Below, in pieces: positions 27,147 through 37,551 of a stretch of 63,205 nt of DNA. Below the pieces are notes generated by a model. That model had not been told where the DNA came from. It searched no databases and was given only the letters and a program-made list of their open reading frames with translations. Source of the DNA: Bdellovibrionales bacterium. Its GTDB lineage: Bacteria > Bdellovibrionota > Bdellovibrionia > Bdellovibrionales > JAMPXM01. Location: the NCBI GenBank assembly GCA_043739185.1, contig JAYUEN010000034.1, positions 1-63,205 of the forward strand. The letters run 5' to 3'. Position 1 is the stretch's first letter, and each line of letters starts with the position of its first letter. The position numbers and the translations under genes were made by a program.

Positions 27147-29645
27147 TCAGGATTTAATTGAAATGCTATGTGCCCGGCTCATAAGCCTTGTAACCAAATA
27201 AGAGCAAATGATTAACATAAGGGCTAAAAACAGCCCAGATAACTTTATGGTCTCGCTCCACGCAAAATGACCCTCAATTTTTAAGAACCTCAAACACACA
27301 AAATAAGCCATTCCAAATCCCAAAAGTGAGCCAGCACCGAGGGCACATAGTGCCAATACAATGTATTCGCCAATAAATAGCCATGAAACCTGACTCGAAC
27401 TTGCACCCAAGATCTTGACCACCTCAATTTCCTCAGTGCGAGAAAGTAGATGGTGCCAAATTACAAACGCCATAATGAGAAGGCATAAGATGGCCGATAA
27501 ACTTGCAAGCATCTCAACTGGTACAATTAATCCCCCGACCATTTGAGTAATAGTTTCCATACTCTTTCTCACGTCAATTATCGATACATCCGGAAATTGC
27601 TGTGAGAGCCGATTGGCAAATTTTGTTGCGTCCTTTTCATCTAGTTGCATATTGGCAATCCACGTCTTAGGCGCATCCTCAAGGACCCCAGTTTGAAACT
27701 GAAAAAAGAAGTTCGGATTGAAGTCACTCCATCTCACACTTCGTAAATTACGAACTATAGTTTTAAAAGCTATCCCCGCAACATCGAATTGCAACTCGTC
27801 ACCTATTTGCAAGTTAACTCGTTCAGCAAAACCTTGATCAAGCGAAACATAAATGGGATCCCCCTCATGGTAATCTATTGGCAATGACTTTCCGGCAATT
27901 ATCTTTTCGGAATCTATTAAGTCCTTTCGATAGGAAACTCTAACCGGAAACTTAAGTAAAAACTCCTGTTTGGGAGCCGTATTATTGATACTTGTCAAAC
28001 GCGCCAATATGAGCGGAGAAATATATTGCAAGTCTTGGTGGTTTTCGGAAGCAAAGCGCTTCAGATCTTCGAGCTTTTCATCTGGAATATTAAATAAAAA
28101 CAGACTCGGCAAATGCCGACCAACAATCGGGTCAATGTCGTTTTTTATAGATTTCATTAAGTGGGGTACGACATTGAGAATCACGGCTATGAGTGCAATC
28201 GCGATAAAACAAAGTGTTTGGGCAAAACGTATGCGCGCCAGATTCACACTTAAAACCCGAAGCACTCCGGGTTTTGATTTCATAGACTGCTTAAAAATCC
28301 AAAAAATCACTCGGCCAAAATACAGAGTAGCAAATGCGCAAATGGCCAAAGCAAATACAAAACTCATCGCAAAGGCTTGAGAACCCATCAAATGATAAGA
28401 CAAAAACATGAAAATAGTTAAAATTGAAAAATTCAGTGCCAGCAACTCGACCCAAGGCATTTTTTCAGTACTTTGATTGTTTTCGCCTAAAAGAATTTGA
28501 ATATTCAATCTTGAAATTTTCAAAATTAGACTTAAAACAAAGCAAAAACTTGTCAGGATCGAAAGCAAAAAATTATTTAAGAAATCTTGGATATAAAATT
28601 GAAACTCAAATCCCTGGGGCAAATGCGCCTTATAGTAATTGGCCACCAAATGCAGCGCACAGAGACTAAACAGACCAGCAATGACAAACGAGCAAATACT
28701 CAGCACCAGAGATTGCAACAAATAAATACCTGCTATCAAGGTCCGAGATCCTCCCAAAGTCATAACAATAGCCGCTTGCTTCAAATGACTTTGATTGAGG
28801 CTTTGAAAAATATAAAATGCGCTCATCCAAGCAATGCAAAAAACCACCACCGTGATGACCGAAAGATATCGAGTAAAAAACTCGAGAAAGCGATTGAAGC
28901 CTTCAATTGCATCATGGGGCGTTCTCACGACTAGATTCGGGTCAGCCAATGTTCTTCTGAGCTCGGAGGCAGTCAGTTCCAAATTCTTTGAGTCATTCAA
29001 TTTAAAAAACAGCCGATGAAAAATCTGACTTCCGTATTGTATGAGATGGGTGTCGACAACAAATTTCTCGGCAATATAAATTCGCGGTGCAAAATTGAGA
29101 GAAGCCTGTGGCAATACAGAGTCTTTTTGAATTTGGGCCCGAATGGTAAAACTCGTGCTTCCTAGCTCAATAGCATCGCCCACCTTCAAATGTAGACGCT
29201 CTAAAATATCAAGCTGAACCCAGGCAATTTTTTCTGATTGAATAGCCTTTGTTTGCTGCTGAAAGTTTTCGCCAAGCAACTCAAGATTACCATACAGGGG
29301 ATAGTGATTCCCGATAGCCTTAACTTCGACCAACATGCTATCGGATTTCGCTCTTGCCATAGTCATAAATTGAATCTCGCTAGATACCTCAAGCGGTTCA
29401 AGGCGCCTCATCAGCTCCTCTCTTTGATTGCCTTTAAATGGTGAAGACGTCGAGATCGACAAATCTGCCGATAAAATATCCTTGGAGCGAGCAAGTAAAA
29501 ATTGATTGGTGCTGGTTTTCAAAGATGAAACCAACATGGGCGCCATATTCCCGAGGATCAAAATCAGCAAAACATTGGCCACGAGAATTGGTTTGTTTTT
29601 GAATTCGAGAAGCGAAAGCTTGAAAATGAGAAAGGCTTTTTTCAA
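27147..29645 (-). CDS. ABC transporter permease, YbbP/FtsX type
   Basis: 832 aa with two FtsX-like halves; YPLYG and VRWSDFNPNFF motifs. Confidence 0.85.
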   Translation of the reverse strand: MKKAFLIFKLSLLEFKNKPILVANVLLILILGNMAPMLVSSLKTSTNQFLLARSKDILSADLSISTSSPFKGNQREELMRRLEPLEVSSEIQFMTMARAKSDSMLVEVKAIGNHYPLYGNLELLGENFQQQTKAIQSEKIAWVQLDILERLHLKVGDAIELGSTSFTIRAQIQKDSVLPQASLNFAPRIYIAEKFVVDTHLIQYGSQIFHRLFFKLNDSKNLELTASELRRTLADPNLVVRTPHDAIEGFNRFLEFFTRYLSVITVVVFCIAWMSAFYIFQSLNQSHLKQAAIVMTLGGSRTLIAGIYLLQSLVLSICSFVIAGLFSLCALHLVANYYKAHLPQGFEFQFYIQDFLNNFLLSILTSFCFVLSLILKISRLNIQILLGENNQSTEKMPWVELLALNFSILTIFMFLSYHLMGSQAFAMSFVFALAICAFATLYFGRVIFWIFKQSMKSKPGVLRVLSVNLARIRFAQTLCFIAIALIAVILNVVPHLMKSIKNDIDPIVGRHLPSLFLFNIPDEKLEDLKRFASENHQDLQYISPLILARLTSINNTAPKQEFLLKFPVRVSYRKDLIDSEKIIAGKSLPIDYHEGDPIYVSLDQGFAERVNLQIGDELQFDVAGIAFKTIVRNLRSVRWSDFNPNFFFQFQTGVLEDAPKTWIANMQLDEKDATKFANRLSQQFPDVSIIDVRKSMETITQMVGGLIVPVEMLASLSAILCLLIMAFVIWHHLLSRTEEIEVVKILGASSSQVSWLFIGEYIVLALCALGAGSLLGFGMAYFVCLRFLKIEGHFAWSETIKLSGLFLALMLIICSYLVTRLMSRAHSISIKS

Positions 29646-30328
29646 TTTTGAACCAATTTCGAATAAAGTTTACCTTCTTTCATATTAAAAGTACGATCAC
29701 ATAGATCAGCAATACTAGCATCATGGGTAACGACCAAAGCGGCTATTTTCTCAAGCCTGGCAAGTTTGAAAATCATTTGGCTAATATCTTTTCCGGTCTT
29801 TTGATCTAAACTTGCGGTTGGCTCGTCGGCCAAGATCAATTTAGGCTTCATCACCAAGACTCTGGCAATCGCAACCCTTTGCGATTCTCCGCGACTCAAT
29901 TCACGCTGAAAATGGTTTTTTCGGTCAATCAAACCCACCTTCATAAGAGCCTCGGTTGTTCTTTCATCGGCATCAGAAACTCCCGCTAAATCTAAAGGCA
30001 ATCGAATATTTTCAAACGCAGTTAAATGTTCAAGCAAATTAAACTGTTGAAAAATAATTCCGATATTACGGGCGCGAAATGAGTTCCAATCAGATGCGCT
30101 CATCTTTAAAGGCGTGTGCCCTAGGACCTCAAGTAAACCTGAATTGAAACCATCAAGTCCCGCAATCAGCGAAATGAGCGTTGATTTTCCGCAGCCAGAA
30201 GGCCCTTGAATTGCTAAAATTTCACCAGCTTCAATCACCAAATCAATTTCATTGAGAATTGAAAGCGGACCATCTTTGGTCAAAAAAGTCTTCGAAAGTT
30301 TACTAATATTTAAAACAGCTGATGCCAA
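29642..30328 (-). CDS. ABC transporter ATP-binding protein, YbbA/LolD type
   Basis: GPSGCGKS, LSRGESQR, ADEPT. Confidence 0.92.
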   Translation of the reverse strand: MASAVLNISKLSKTFLTKDGPLSILNEIDLVIEAGEILAIQGPSGCGKSTLISLIAGLDGFNSGLLEVLGHTPLKMSASDWNSFRARNIGIIFQQFNLLEHLTAFENIRLPLDLAGVSDADERTTEALMKVGLIDRKNHFQRELSRGESQRVAIARVLVMKPKLILADEPTASLDQKTGKDISQMIFKLARLEKIAALVVTHDASIADLCDRTFNMKEGKLYSKLVQN

Positions 30329-30334
30329 TATCCC

Positions 30335-31000
30335 TCACTTTTTAATTGCCGCTATAATTAGGGGTTCTAAAAATGGCACAAGCTTTTCAGCTATCACTTT
30401 ATGCCCATTTGCATTCGGATGTTTTTGATCTGATTGCATCAGATCCCTATTAAAAGCAACTCCTTCAAGCAAAAAAGACATCAATTCAATCTTCTTTTCA
30501 TTTGCTAAGTCGCGATAAATCTTTTCGAAAGCTAAGCTGTATTTTTCTCCGTAATTCGAAAAAATTTTCATGCCGAGAAGAAGTACCTTCATTTTATTTT
30601 CGAGTGCCAAATCAATTGCCTCGGCCAAATTCTTACGAACAACTAAAGCCTCTGTCCCCTTTAATACATCGTTGCCACCAAGCTCGAGAACAAGAATCTG
30701 GGGTTTAAGCTTCAGATAAAAACGCAGCCTAGAGCTGGCACTTGAAGATAAGCTTCCGGCAACGCTGGCATTGGTAAATTCGAGATGAATATTTTTTTTA
30801 AGCGCCAGCGGAGAAAGCAAATGCTCTAAAACCTCAGGAAAGGATTCTTCTTTTAAAACTCCGTAACCCGCGGCAATTGAATCGCCTAAAAAAATCACGC
30901 GAATCTCTTGAGTCTTAGCTGCCGGCGTGGCCGCAAGAAGATTGCCTTGGCAAAAAAATGAAAAACCCAAAATCAATAAGCTTGCAAGGCGCTTTGGCAT
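30335..31000 (-). CDS. tesA: arylesterase/acyl-CoA thioesterase I (SGNH/GDSL)
   Basis: GDSI, ELGGND, DQKHPN; adjacent to ybbAP-like genes. Confidence 0.85.
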   Translation of the reverse strand: MPKRLASLLILGFSFFCQGNLLAATPAAKTQEIRVIFLGDSIAAGYGVLKEESFPEVLEHLLSPLALKKNIHLEFTNASVAGSLSSSASSRLRFYLKLKPQILVLELGGNDVLKGTEALVVRKNLAEAIDLALENKMKVLLLGMKIFSNYGEKYSLAFEKIYRDLANEKKIELMSFLLEGVAFNRDLMQSDQKHPNANGHKVIAEKLVPFLEPLIIAAIKK

Positions 31001-31339
31001 CTCATATTTATGCCCTGGTAGATTAATGGATTCAACTCATTATGAGACAATTCGTTGGGTTTTTCTCGACTCAGTGTTCAAGCCGAAATCACTAGAGTAA
31101 AGCATCACATAATTGGCAATTGCTAGACAAAGTATTTTGGTAAGGTCCTGCTTCAAATCGAAGCGTGTCTTTGCCAAGGCTTCATTGGGGATCGTAATTG
31201 CTTTAGGATTTTCGCTTATTTTTTAAAGTTTCCTTAGTTTTAGCTATAGTTATACCGAAAAAACGTCTAAGATATGCAGATAAGATATGAACTAAGATGC
31301 GCCCCGTGTTTTCGCAAGTTCTTTGGATGTGGAGAAGCA

Positions 31340-32512
31340 ATGACCCCAAAAAAACGTTTTATAGACGAGTTTCGCTGTCAAGCAAAGACCTATGGCCTCA
31401 ATTGGAAAGCCATTTTGTTTTTGTCGCTCACGCCTATTTTTGCGGTCATTTTAGTTCCCATATATTTTTATTTTCATCCACCAACTCTTGCCATGATCAT
31501 CGCCTTTGTGGTTTTATTTTCTCTAAATAATTTAAGCATCACTGTTGGCTATCATCGTTATTTCGCACATCGTAGTTACGAAGCGCATCCGATTTTACAA
31601 TTGATTCTTTTGTTTTTCGGAACAGGTGCTTTTCAAGGTACGGTTTTACAGTGGGCAACTGACCATAGACGCCATCACTTTAAAGTAGATTCGGATGATG
31701 ATCCTTACAATATCAATATCGGATTTTGGTACGCCCACATTGGCTGGATGTTTTTAAAAGACAAACCTCAATACCAAGGAAAGTTCGCGATCGATTTGGA
31801 ACGCAATAAAGCTTTGGCGTTTCAACACAATCACTATTGGTGGCTTGCGATCTTAATCGGATTTATTCTACCAAGCTTACTTGGAGTGGCTCTTGGCTTT
31901 GGATTTTGGGGCGGCTTATTAATTTTAGGACTTCTGCGCATTGTTCTAACTCAACATTCTACTTTTTTTATTAACTCCCTTTGCCATTATCTAGGAAGGC
32001 GACCCTATAGCGATCAAATCACCGCGCGCGATAGCATCATCATGGCATTTTTGACCTTTGGTGAAGGTTACCACAATTTTCATCATCGCTTTCAGCTAGA
32101 TTATCGCAACGGAATTCGCTGGTACCATTGGGATCCTTCAAAATGGCTGATTCAGTTTTTTGCATATCTGCAGCTTGCCTCGAAACTCAAAACTGTTTCT
32201 GAGCCAGAGATTTTAAAAGCGCGCATTACTATGGATGAAAAGATCATATTATCTCGGGGCGCCAAACATGAAACCGTAATGGCACTAAAACAAAAGCTTG
32301 AGAATGCGCAAACGCGACTGAAAGCCCTTAGGGAAGAGTACCGAGCTGAATATTTAAGGCTAAAAAGCAGTGTGCAAAACCAATCTCGAGAAAAGTTCTT
32401 ACATTTGAAAGCGGAGCTTGCACTCGCCAAACTTGAGTTTCAAAATGCCTATGCTCAGTGGCTTCTGTATGTCAAAAATTACTCATGTATGAATTTGACC
32501 GCAATTTCTTAG
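31340..32512 (+). CDS. delta-9 acyl-CoA fatty acid desaturase
   Basis: His boxes HRYFAH, HRRHH and HNFHH; C-terminal coiled coil; start placed after GGAG. Confidence 0.92.
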   Translation: MTPKKRFIDEFRCQAKTYGLNWKAILFLSLTPIFAVILVPIYFYFHPPTLAMIIAFVVLFSLNNLSITVGYHRYFAHRSYEAHPILQLILLFFGTGAFQGTVLQWATDHRRHHFKVDSDDDPYNINIGFWYAHIGWMFLKDKPQYQGKFAIDLERNKALAFQHNHYWWLAILIGFILPSLLGVALGFGFWGGLLILGLLRIVLTQHSTFFINSLCHYLGRRPYSDQITARDSIIMAFLTFGEGYHNFHHRFQLDYRNGIRWYHWDPSKWLIQFFAYLQLASKLKTVSEPEILKARITMDEKIILSRGAKHETVMALKQKLENAQTRLKALREEYRAEYLRLKSSVQNQSREKFLHLKAELALAKLEFQNAYAQWLLYVKNYSCMNLTAIS

Positions 32513-32528
32513 GGGCCAATTAAAGACG

Positions 32529-33692
32529 ATGCGAAACTTTTTGCTGGCAACGTTTTTTACCTTGGCCGTCTTAAGCATCACTTCGGTTTTTAGTCTCGAA
32601 TGGCTAACGAAGCAAAAAGTCGACCCCATAATTCAAGTTCATATTTCTGCGCTCTCGCTGATTCTGCCAGAATACAATGAAGACAATGATTTTCTGAGAT
32701 CTCAAAAGATCTTTGAACCCTTGCTAAAGACGCAAAATTTCGTAGGCGAAGACGCAGGAAAAAGCTTAAATCATCTCTTGCATTGGCTCCCTGAATCTTC
32801 GCAATTTCAGCAGCCAGCGCAAGTTCCGGCAGATATTCAAGATTTTATCCTAAGACTTGGGCGAGAATGGCAACTGCATACCAGTCCCTTTAAGGTCTAT
32901 TTTGAACGCAAGAGAGTCGATCTTAAAATTTTTAATTCGCTAGAAAGCTTCAGTTATTGGAATATTGAAAAAAATAGCCCCATTCAAAAATTGATCGAAC
33001 AGGGCAATCTGCTTTCTCAAAATAGACTTCCAAGTATTGACAGTCTTGATTTGATTGCGCTTTGTAAATTGCGCTATATTGAAGCTCTATTCAAAGGGGA
33101 TTATTTAGTTGCACTTCAAGAGGTCAGAAAATTTGTGCAGCTCCTCTTAAGCACTGAAAACTACAGGCTTGAACACACTGCAATTTCGATTTTAGAAGCC
33201 GAACATACGGCCTATACTCTTTACATTCAAAACGAATGGATAAAGCCAGGAGATTGGATCCCAATTGATAGCAACGCAACCAGAAGAGCAAGCCGGGCCA
33301 TTCAAGCTACGAAAGGACTCTTGCGATTTTGGACTCCACCTCAAATTCTCAAACAAATTTATCTTTCACCGCAATTGCCCATTGGCTTTTGTTCTGCGGT
33401 TTCTGAATCGCTTTCACAGGAATTCGCCTTGAAGGACATCATGACCGAGCATTTGCCTCTAGAGAGAGACTATTCACAGAGTTTTCAAATTTTAGACGCC
33501 ATTTGGTCGCGAGCTCAAAATGACTGCCACCCCTACTATGTGGCTCAACTCGTATTAAAAAATAAATTCAGTCTCGGCGGTTTTGTGGACACTCCTTTTA
33601 GCCGCATCCCCTATGTCAGAAAGCTATTTGGTCTTTCCCAAAGCGCATCTCAATTTGAAGGCTTCAAGGGCTATTCACTCTCTACGAATTAG
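32529..33692 (+). CDS. hypothetical protein with N-terminal membrane anchor
   Basis: 387-aa ORF. Confidence 0.6.
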   Translation: MRNFLLATFFTLAVLSITSVFSLEWLTKQKVDPIIQVHISALSLILPEYNEDNDFLRSQKIFEPLLKTQNFVGEDAGKSLNHLLHWLPESSQFQQPAQVPADIQDFILRLGREWQLHTSPFKVYFERKRVDLKIFNSLESFSYWNIEKNSPIQKLIEQGNLLSQNRLPSIDSLDLIALCKLRYIEALFKGDYLVALQEVRKFVQLLLSTENYRLEHTAISILEAEHTAYTLYIQNEWIKPGDWIPIDSNATRRASRAIQATKGLLRFWTPPQILKQIYLSPQLPIGFCSAVSESLSQEFALKDIMTEHLPLERDYSQSFQILDAIWSRAQNDCHPYYVAQLVLKNKFSLGGFVDTPFSRIPYVRKLFGLSQSASQFEGFKGYSLSTN

Positions 33693-33935
33693 ACCTCTTG
33701 CATATCTAGTCGCGAGATAAAATAATGGCATCCGCTCCAGATCAAGGAATGAGGGCAAAAATAAGGCGAAGAATACATAAAATGTATTTTGAGCCTTATT
33801 TTTGCCTGAAGACGATGAGCTGGCGCGGATGACAAGGCTTTAGCCGCGACTAGATATGCAAGAGGTCTATTGATTGACTCTTCTTTCGAGCTTAGGTTAA
33901 AAAGCTGCAGCAATCAAAAAAACGAGCGAGGGAAA

Positions 33936-34904
33936 ATGAAAGTAAGAGATTTTGTCAACCACCACTACCGTCACTTTAATTCTGCAGCACTCAAAGATGC
34001 CTGCATAGCTTACGAGGAACACATCAATAAGGGCGGCAAAATGCTCGTCACTCTCGCCGGGGCAATGAGTACGGCTGAATTGGGACTCTCTCTTGCTGAG
34101 ATGATTCGTCAGGATAAGGTTCACGCGATTTGCTGTACGGGCGCAAATCTAGAGGAAGATGTATTCAATTTAGTGGCGCATGACCATTATGTTCGAATTC
34201 CCAATTACCGTGACCTCACTCCACACGATGAAGAAAAACTTCTAAACAAGCACCTCAATCGCGTCACCGACACTTGTATTCCAGAAGAAGAAGCCATTCG
34301 AAGAATTGAGCGCGCTGTTTTAAAACAGTGGCAGAACGCCGATCAAAGCGGAGAAGCTTATTTTCCGCACGAATTTATGTACCGAATTTTGCGCTCCGGC
34401 GAATTGAAACAGTATTTTCAAATTGACCCAAAAGATTCATGGCTAATGGCGGCCTGTGAAAAGAATTTACCCATGATCGTACCTGGATGGGAAGATTCTA
34501 CTCTGGGAAATATCTTTGCCGGTCACTGCATTGAAGGCGATATTAAAAAAGTGCACACAGTTCGAACCGGAATTGAATATATGACTGAACTCGCCAGCTG
34601 GTATACAGAAACCACCAAAAAATCGAGCGTCGGATTTTATCAAATCGGAGGCGGAATTGCTGGTGACTTTCCGATTTGTGTAGTTCCGATGATTCACCAA
34701 GATCTAAAACGACATGATGTTCCTCTCTGGGGTTATTTTTGCCAAATTTCAGATTCGACCACAAGCTACGGCTCTTATTCTGGAGCCATCCCAAATGAGA
34801 AAATTACCTGGGGAAAATTGGCTGTCGATACACCTCGCTATGTGATCGAGAGTGATGCCACAATTTGTGCTCCACTCATGTTTGCCTATTTGCTAAATTG
34901 GTAA
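33936..34904 (+). CDS. deoxyhypusine synthase-like protein
   Basis: TLAGAMSTAELG, GANLEED, QIGGGIAGDF, YSGAIPNEKITWGK. Confidence 0.93.
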   Translation: MKVRDFVNHHYRHFNSAALKDACIAYEEHINKGGKMLVTLAGAMSTAELGLSLAEMIRQDKVHAICCTGANLEEDVFNLVAHDHYVRIPNYRDLTPHDEEKLLNKHLNRVTDTCIPEEEAIRRIERAVLKQWQNADQSGEAYFPHEFMYRILRSGELKQYFQIDPKDSWLMAACEKNLPMIVPGWEDSTLGNIFAGHCIEGDIKKVHTVRTGIEYMTELASWYTETTKKSSVGFYQIGGGIAGDFPICVVPMIHQDLKRHDVPLWGYFCQISDSTTSYGSYSGAIPNEKITWGKLAVDTPRYVIESDATICAPLMFAYLLNW

Positions 34905-35082
34905 AGTGCCTGCTAACATTCCATAATGCGCCACTCCATTTCATGGTGTAGTGGCCGAAAATACTCACATTTTTGTCATGTCAAAATGAAGGGCAATACG
35001 GCCTAGAGATTGCCAGAGAGTTTAAAAGAATCTTGATAAGTAGATCTGATTGAAGCAGCCTCGGTAAAAAAGGAGACTGTAG

Positions 35083-35634
35083 ATGGTAAAACTTTTCACT
35101 TCTCTAGGCGCAAGCTTACTCATTGGTTTGACAGCATGTTCGCCAAATAACCTAAATAAATCCGACAATAGCCCGGGAATGGCAAAGGACTATTTAATTA
35201 CGCGGCAGTTTCAACGAGTGGTCCGCTATAATTGCACGGGTCAATTGATCTCAGATAAAGTCGAGACGGTTTCTCCACCTAATATTTATGTTCAGACAGC
35301 TCCGCAAAATGGCTACCATTTAGATCATGCTGATTATTTAAATTTAACTACCAATAGTCGACCAGGCTGCATCACTTCGCAAACGCAGTTTTCAATTGAT
35401 ACTTCGCCCACAGCTTGCAATATGCAAGTTGTCGTTGGCCTGAATCAAATCAAATATGATTTTTACTACTGTGACAGCTATATCACTCAGCCAAATGGCA
35501 GCGCCAATTGTTCAGCGCCACTTAAAGTTGGTGAATCCGGTCAGCTCTATATAAATATAAAATACCAAGAAAAATCTCTCGATGGAATGACAGAAGTCAA
35601 ACCTACTTCGAATGAGTGTCTGACTAGGAGATAG
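35083..35634 (+). CDS. Cys-containing hypothetical lipoprotein
   Basis: AGGAG RBS, lipobox LTAC. Confidence 0.7.
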   Translation: MVKLFTSLGASLLIGLTACSPNNLNKSDNSPGMAKDYLITRQFQRVVRYNCTGQLISDKVETVSPPNIYVQTAPQNGYHLDHADYLNLTTNSRPGCITSQTQFSIDTSPTACNMQVVVGLNQIKYDFYYCDSYITQPNGSANCSAPLKVGESGQLYINIKYQEKSLDGMTEVKPTSNECLTRR

Positions 35635-36694
35635 ACCAATCAAGTTCAAGTTTGGGCTCCGAAGCAATCGGAGCCTCCTTCACAAGAGTTTCCTCTCGCA
35701 AAAACTCAAGTCCGAGCTTCTTATCAAGAATACTTTTTAGAGCCAAAATCACACGTACCAAACTAGGTTTAATGGCGCCGATTTCATCGATTACAACTCG
35801 GCCCCACAATGGATAAATGAAGCCAGGACGAACAATCTGATCAGCCAATAAATTTTGCGAATCATTTGGGCCAAATTCGCGAAGTTTTTGAAAGGAATTT
35901 TTGTAATAAATTGGAATATGCTTTTCAAAACAAATGGGCAAAAGCGTAACATTGACTGAGTTTTTCAGGGCGGAAAACTCAGATCCACCTCGCCAAACCG
36001 GATTGGACTTTGAGCTCAAGAGTAAGTTTTGAAAATGCTCCCGCCGAAAAATAGATTTAAATTTTGCCTGGGCTTTTAAGTAAGGGCTCTTTAGAATTTG
36101 ATCTGCCGTCTTTGATCCTGAAACGCTACCGGCAATATTGACCCAACTGCACACACTATGAAGATCAAACTTTTTGTTTTTTTCATTCATTTTACAAAGC
36201 AAACTCATCTCGAGTGAACCCCTGCCAAAACTAATCACAATCTTTTTAGCATGCGTGGCCTGAATGGCTTCACCAATAAGTTGAGCGTTCTGCAAAATAT
36301 TATTATCGCTTAAAGTTTCAAGTTCATTCCAATCAAGCCCAAGCTCTTCTAGCCAAGAGCCCACAACAGTAACATGAGCTCCCCACGGCGACAGACTTTG
36401 GTTGGCGCTTGAGATAATCCAAATCTCAATTGGACTCTTTGCAGACCCTTGTGCGACGTAATCAACTTTCTGTGATCTAACAAATTCAATAAAGTTTTTT
36501 TGCTCAGTTGAATTCAGTATTGCTTCATACAATAAAAATGCGACCTGATCAGATCCCTGCTTTTGCGACCAAGAGTTCAAAACATCAGTAGACGGAATTT
36601 CGCCCGCTAGCTCTCGTATTAACGCCAGATTTCTAAACTTAATCAGCGAAAATTTAGCTTCTTGCTCTAAAGATCTCGGTCTCTTAGCCTTCAC
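35624..36694 (-). CDS. alpha/beta-hydrolase-like protein with degenerate nucleophile motif
   Basis: IVISFGRGSLE (cf. GHSKGG), WVNIAGSVSGS, GPND. Confidence 0.55.
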   Translation of the reverse strand: MKAKRPRSLEQEAKFSLIKFRNLALIRELAGEIPSTDVLNSWSQKQGSDQVAFLLYEAILNSTEQKNFIEFVRSQKVDYVAQGSAKSPIEIWIISSANQSLSPWGAHVTVVGSWLEELGLDWNELETLSDNNILQNAQLIGEAIQATHAKKIVISFGRGSLEMSLLCKMNEKNKKFDLHSVCSWVNIAGSVSGSKTADQILKSPYLKAQAKFKSIFRREHFQNLLLSSKSNPVWRGGSEFSALKNSVNVTLLPICFEKHIPIYYKNSFQKLREFGPNDSQNLLADQIVRPGFIYPLWGRVVIDEIGAIKPSLVRVILALKSILDKKLGLEFLREETLVKEAPIASEPKLELDWSIS

Positions 36695-37284
36695 TAGTTA
36701 GTTGCCTCGGTTGGTGCTTTTTTGTTTTGGGCGCGACTCTTCATTTCGCCTTCGCAAACGCCAAGTTTATCGTCAAATTCATCTTGTTTTTTCATCAAAA
36801 TCCGCTTGTATTCAACAAATCTGGCCAGACGATCTTTCAAAAACTCCTCACTCACTCCGACCAATCGATCTTTTTCATCTAAGCCAATATTGAATAATTC
36901 TTCTTTATCCGTAATGCGGTCTAAAGGCTCGGTCCACATAAGAGTGCCATTTCCGCCATTCTCACGAGCTGCGAGATGAGTTTGACAAGTTTTAAGGGCG
37001 CCAAACAATCCAGATGAGCCGTATTTGCGACTTCCGTAAACGCGATCTTCAAGTTCATAAACTTCAAATTGTAATCTTCGCAACTCTTCATTCATTGAAA
37101 CTTTTTTTTGCCAAACCATATCGCCATCTTTATTAACACCAATTGTTTCTTCTTTATTAACGGATTCTGAGCTGGTGACTTTGCTTTCAATTTTTTCAGC
37201 CTTATTTTGATTGTGACTGCAAGATAACGCGAAGATGATTAAGCAATAGGTCCAGCGAAAATTTGAAGTCAATTGAGCCTTCAT
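36694..37284 (-). CDS. hypothetical coiled-coil lipoprotein
   Basis: AAGGAG RBS before ATG 37284; lipobox ALSC. Confidence 0.7.
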   Translation of the reverse strand: MKAQLTSNFRWTYCLIIFALSCSHNQNKAEKIESKVTSSESVNKEETIGVNKDGDMVWQKKVSMNEELRRLQFEVYELEDRVYGSRKYGSSGLFGALKTCQTHLAARENGGNGTLMWTEPLDRITDKEELFNIGLDEKDRLVGVSEEFLKDRLARFVEYKRILMKKQDEFDDKLGVCEGEMKSRAQNKKAPTEATN

Positions 37285-37551
37285 GTTGAACTCCTTCGGG
37301 GCTGTGGTTAGCGACAAATATTGTCGGATCTAAACGCTAACGAGCTGCCAAATGATTAGCAACAACTATCGCGGCGCATGAGTAGGTCTGCAATTTTGGT
37401 TGAGCCTGTAACGACACTCTAGGTTACGAACTAGTCTTTTAGCTGTAGTAACTTATACCTGCCAAAAAATTTGTTTGCCATTACGCTATTATCTGTAAGA
37501 CTTGGTGAATAGTGGTTTTTTTTCGTTTTAGGCTTTTTACGGAGGTTCATC

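Noticed and set aside
27085..27147. Cobalamin riboswitch ahead of the DUF6580 gene
   Set aside because: Only about 60 bp of intergenic space and no B12-box recognisable.
34928..34957. Hairpin after the deoxyhypusine-synthase-like gene
   Set aside because: Imperfect stem without a U-tract; probably an ordinary 3' stem-loop, and too weak to call.
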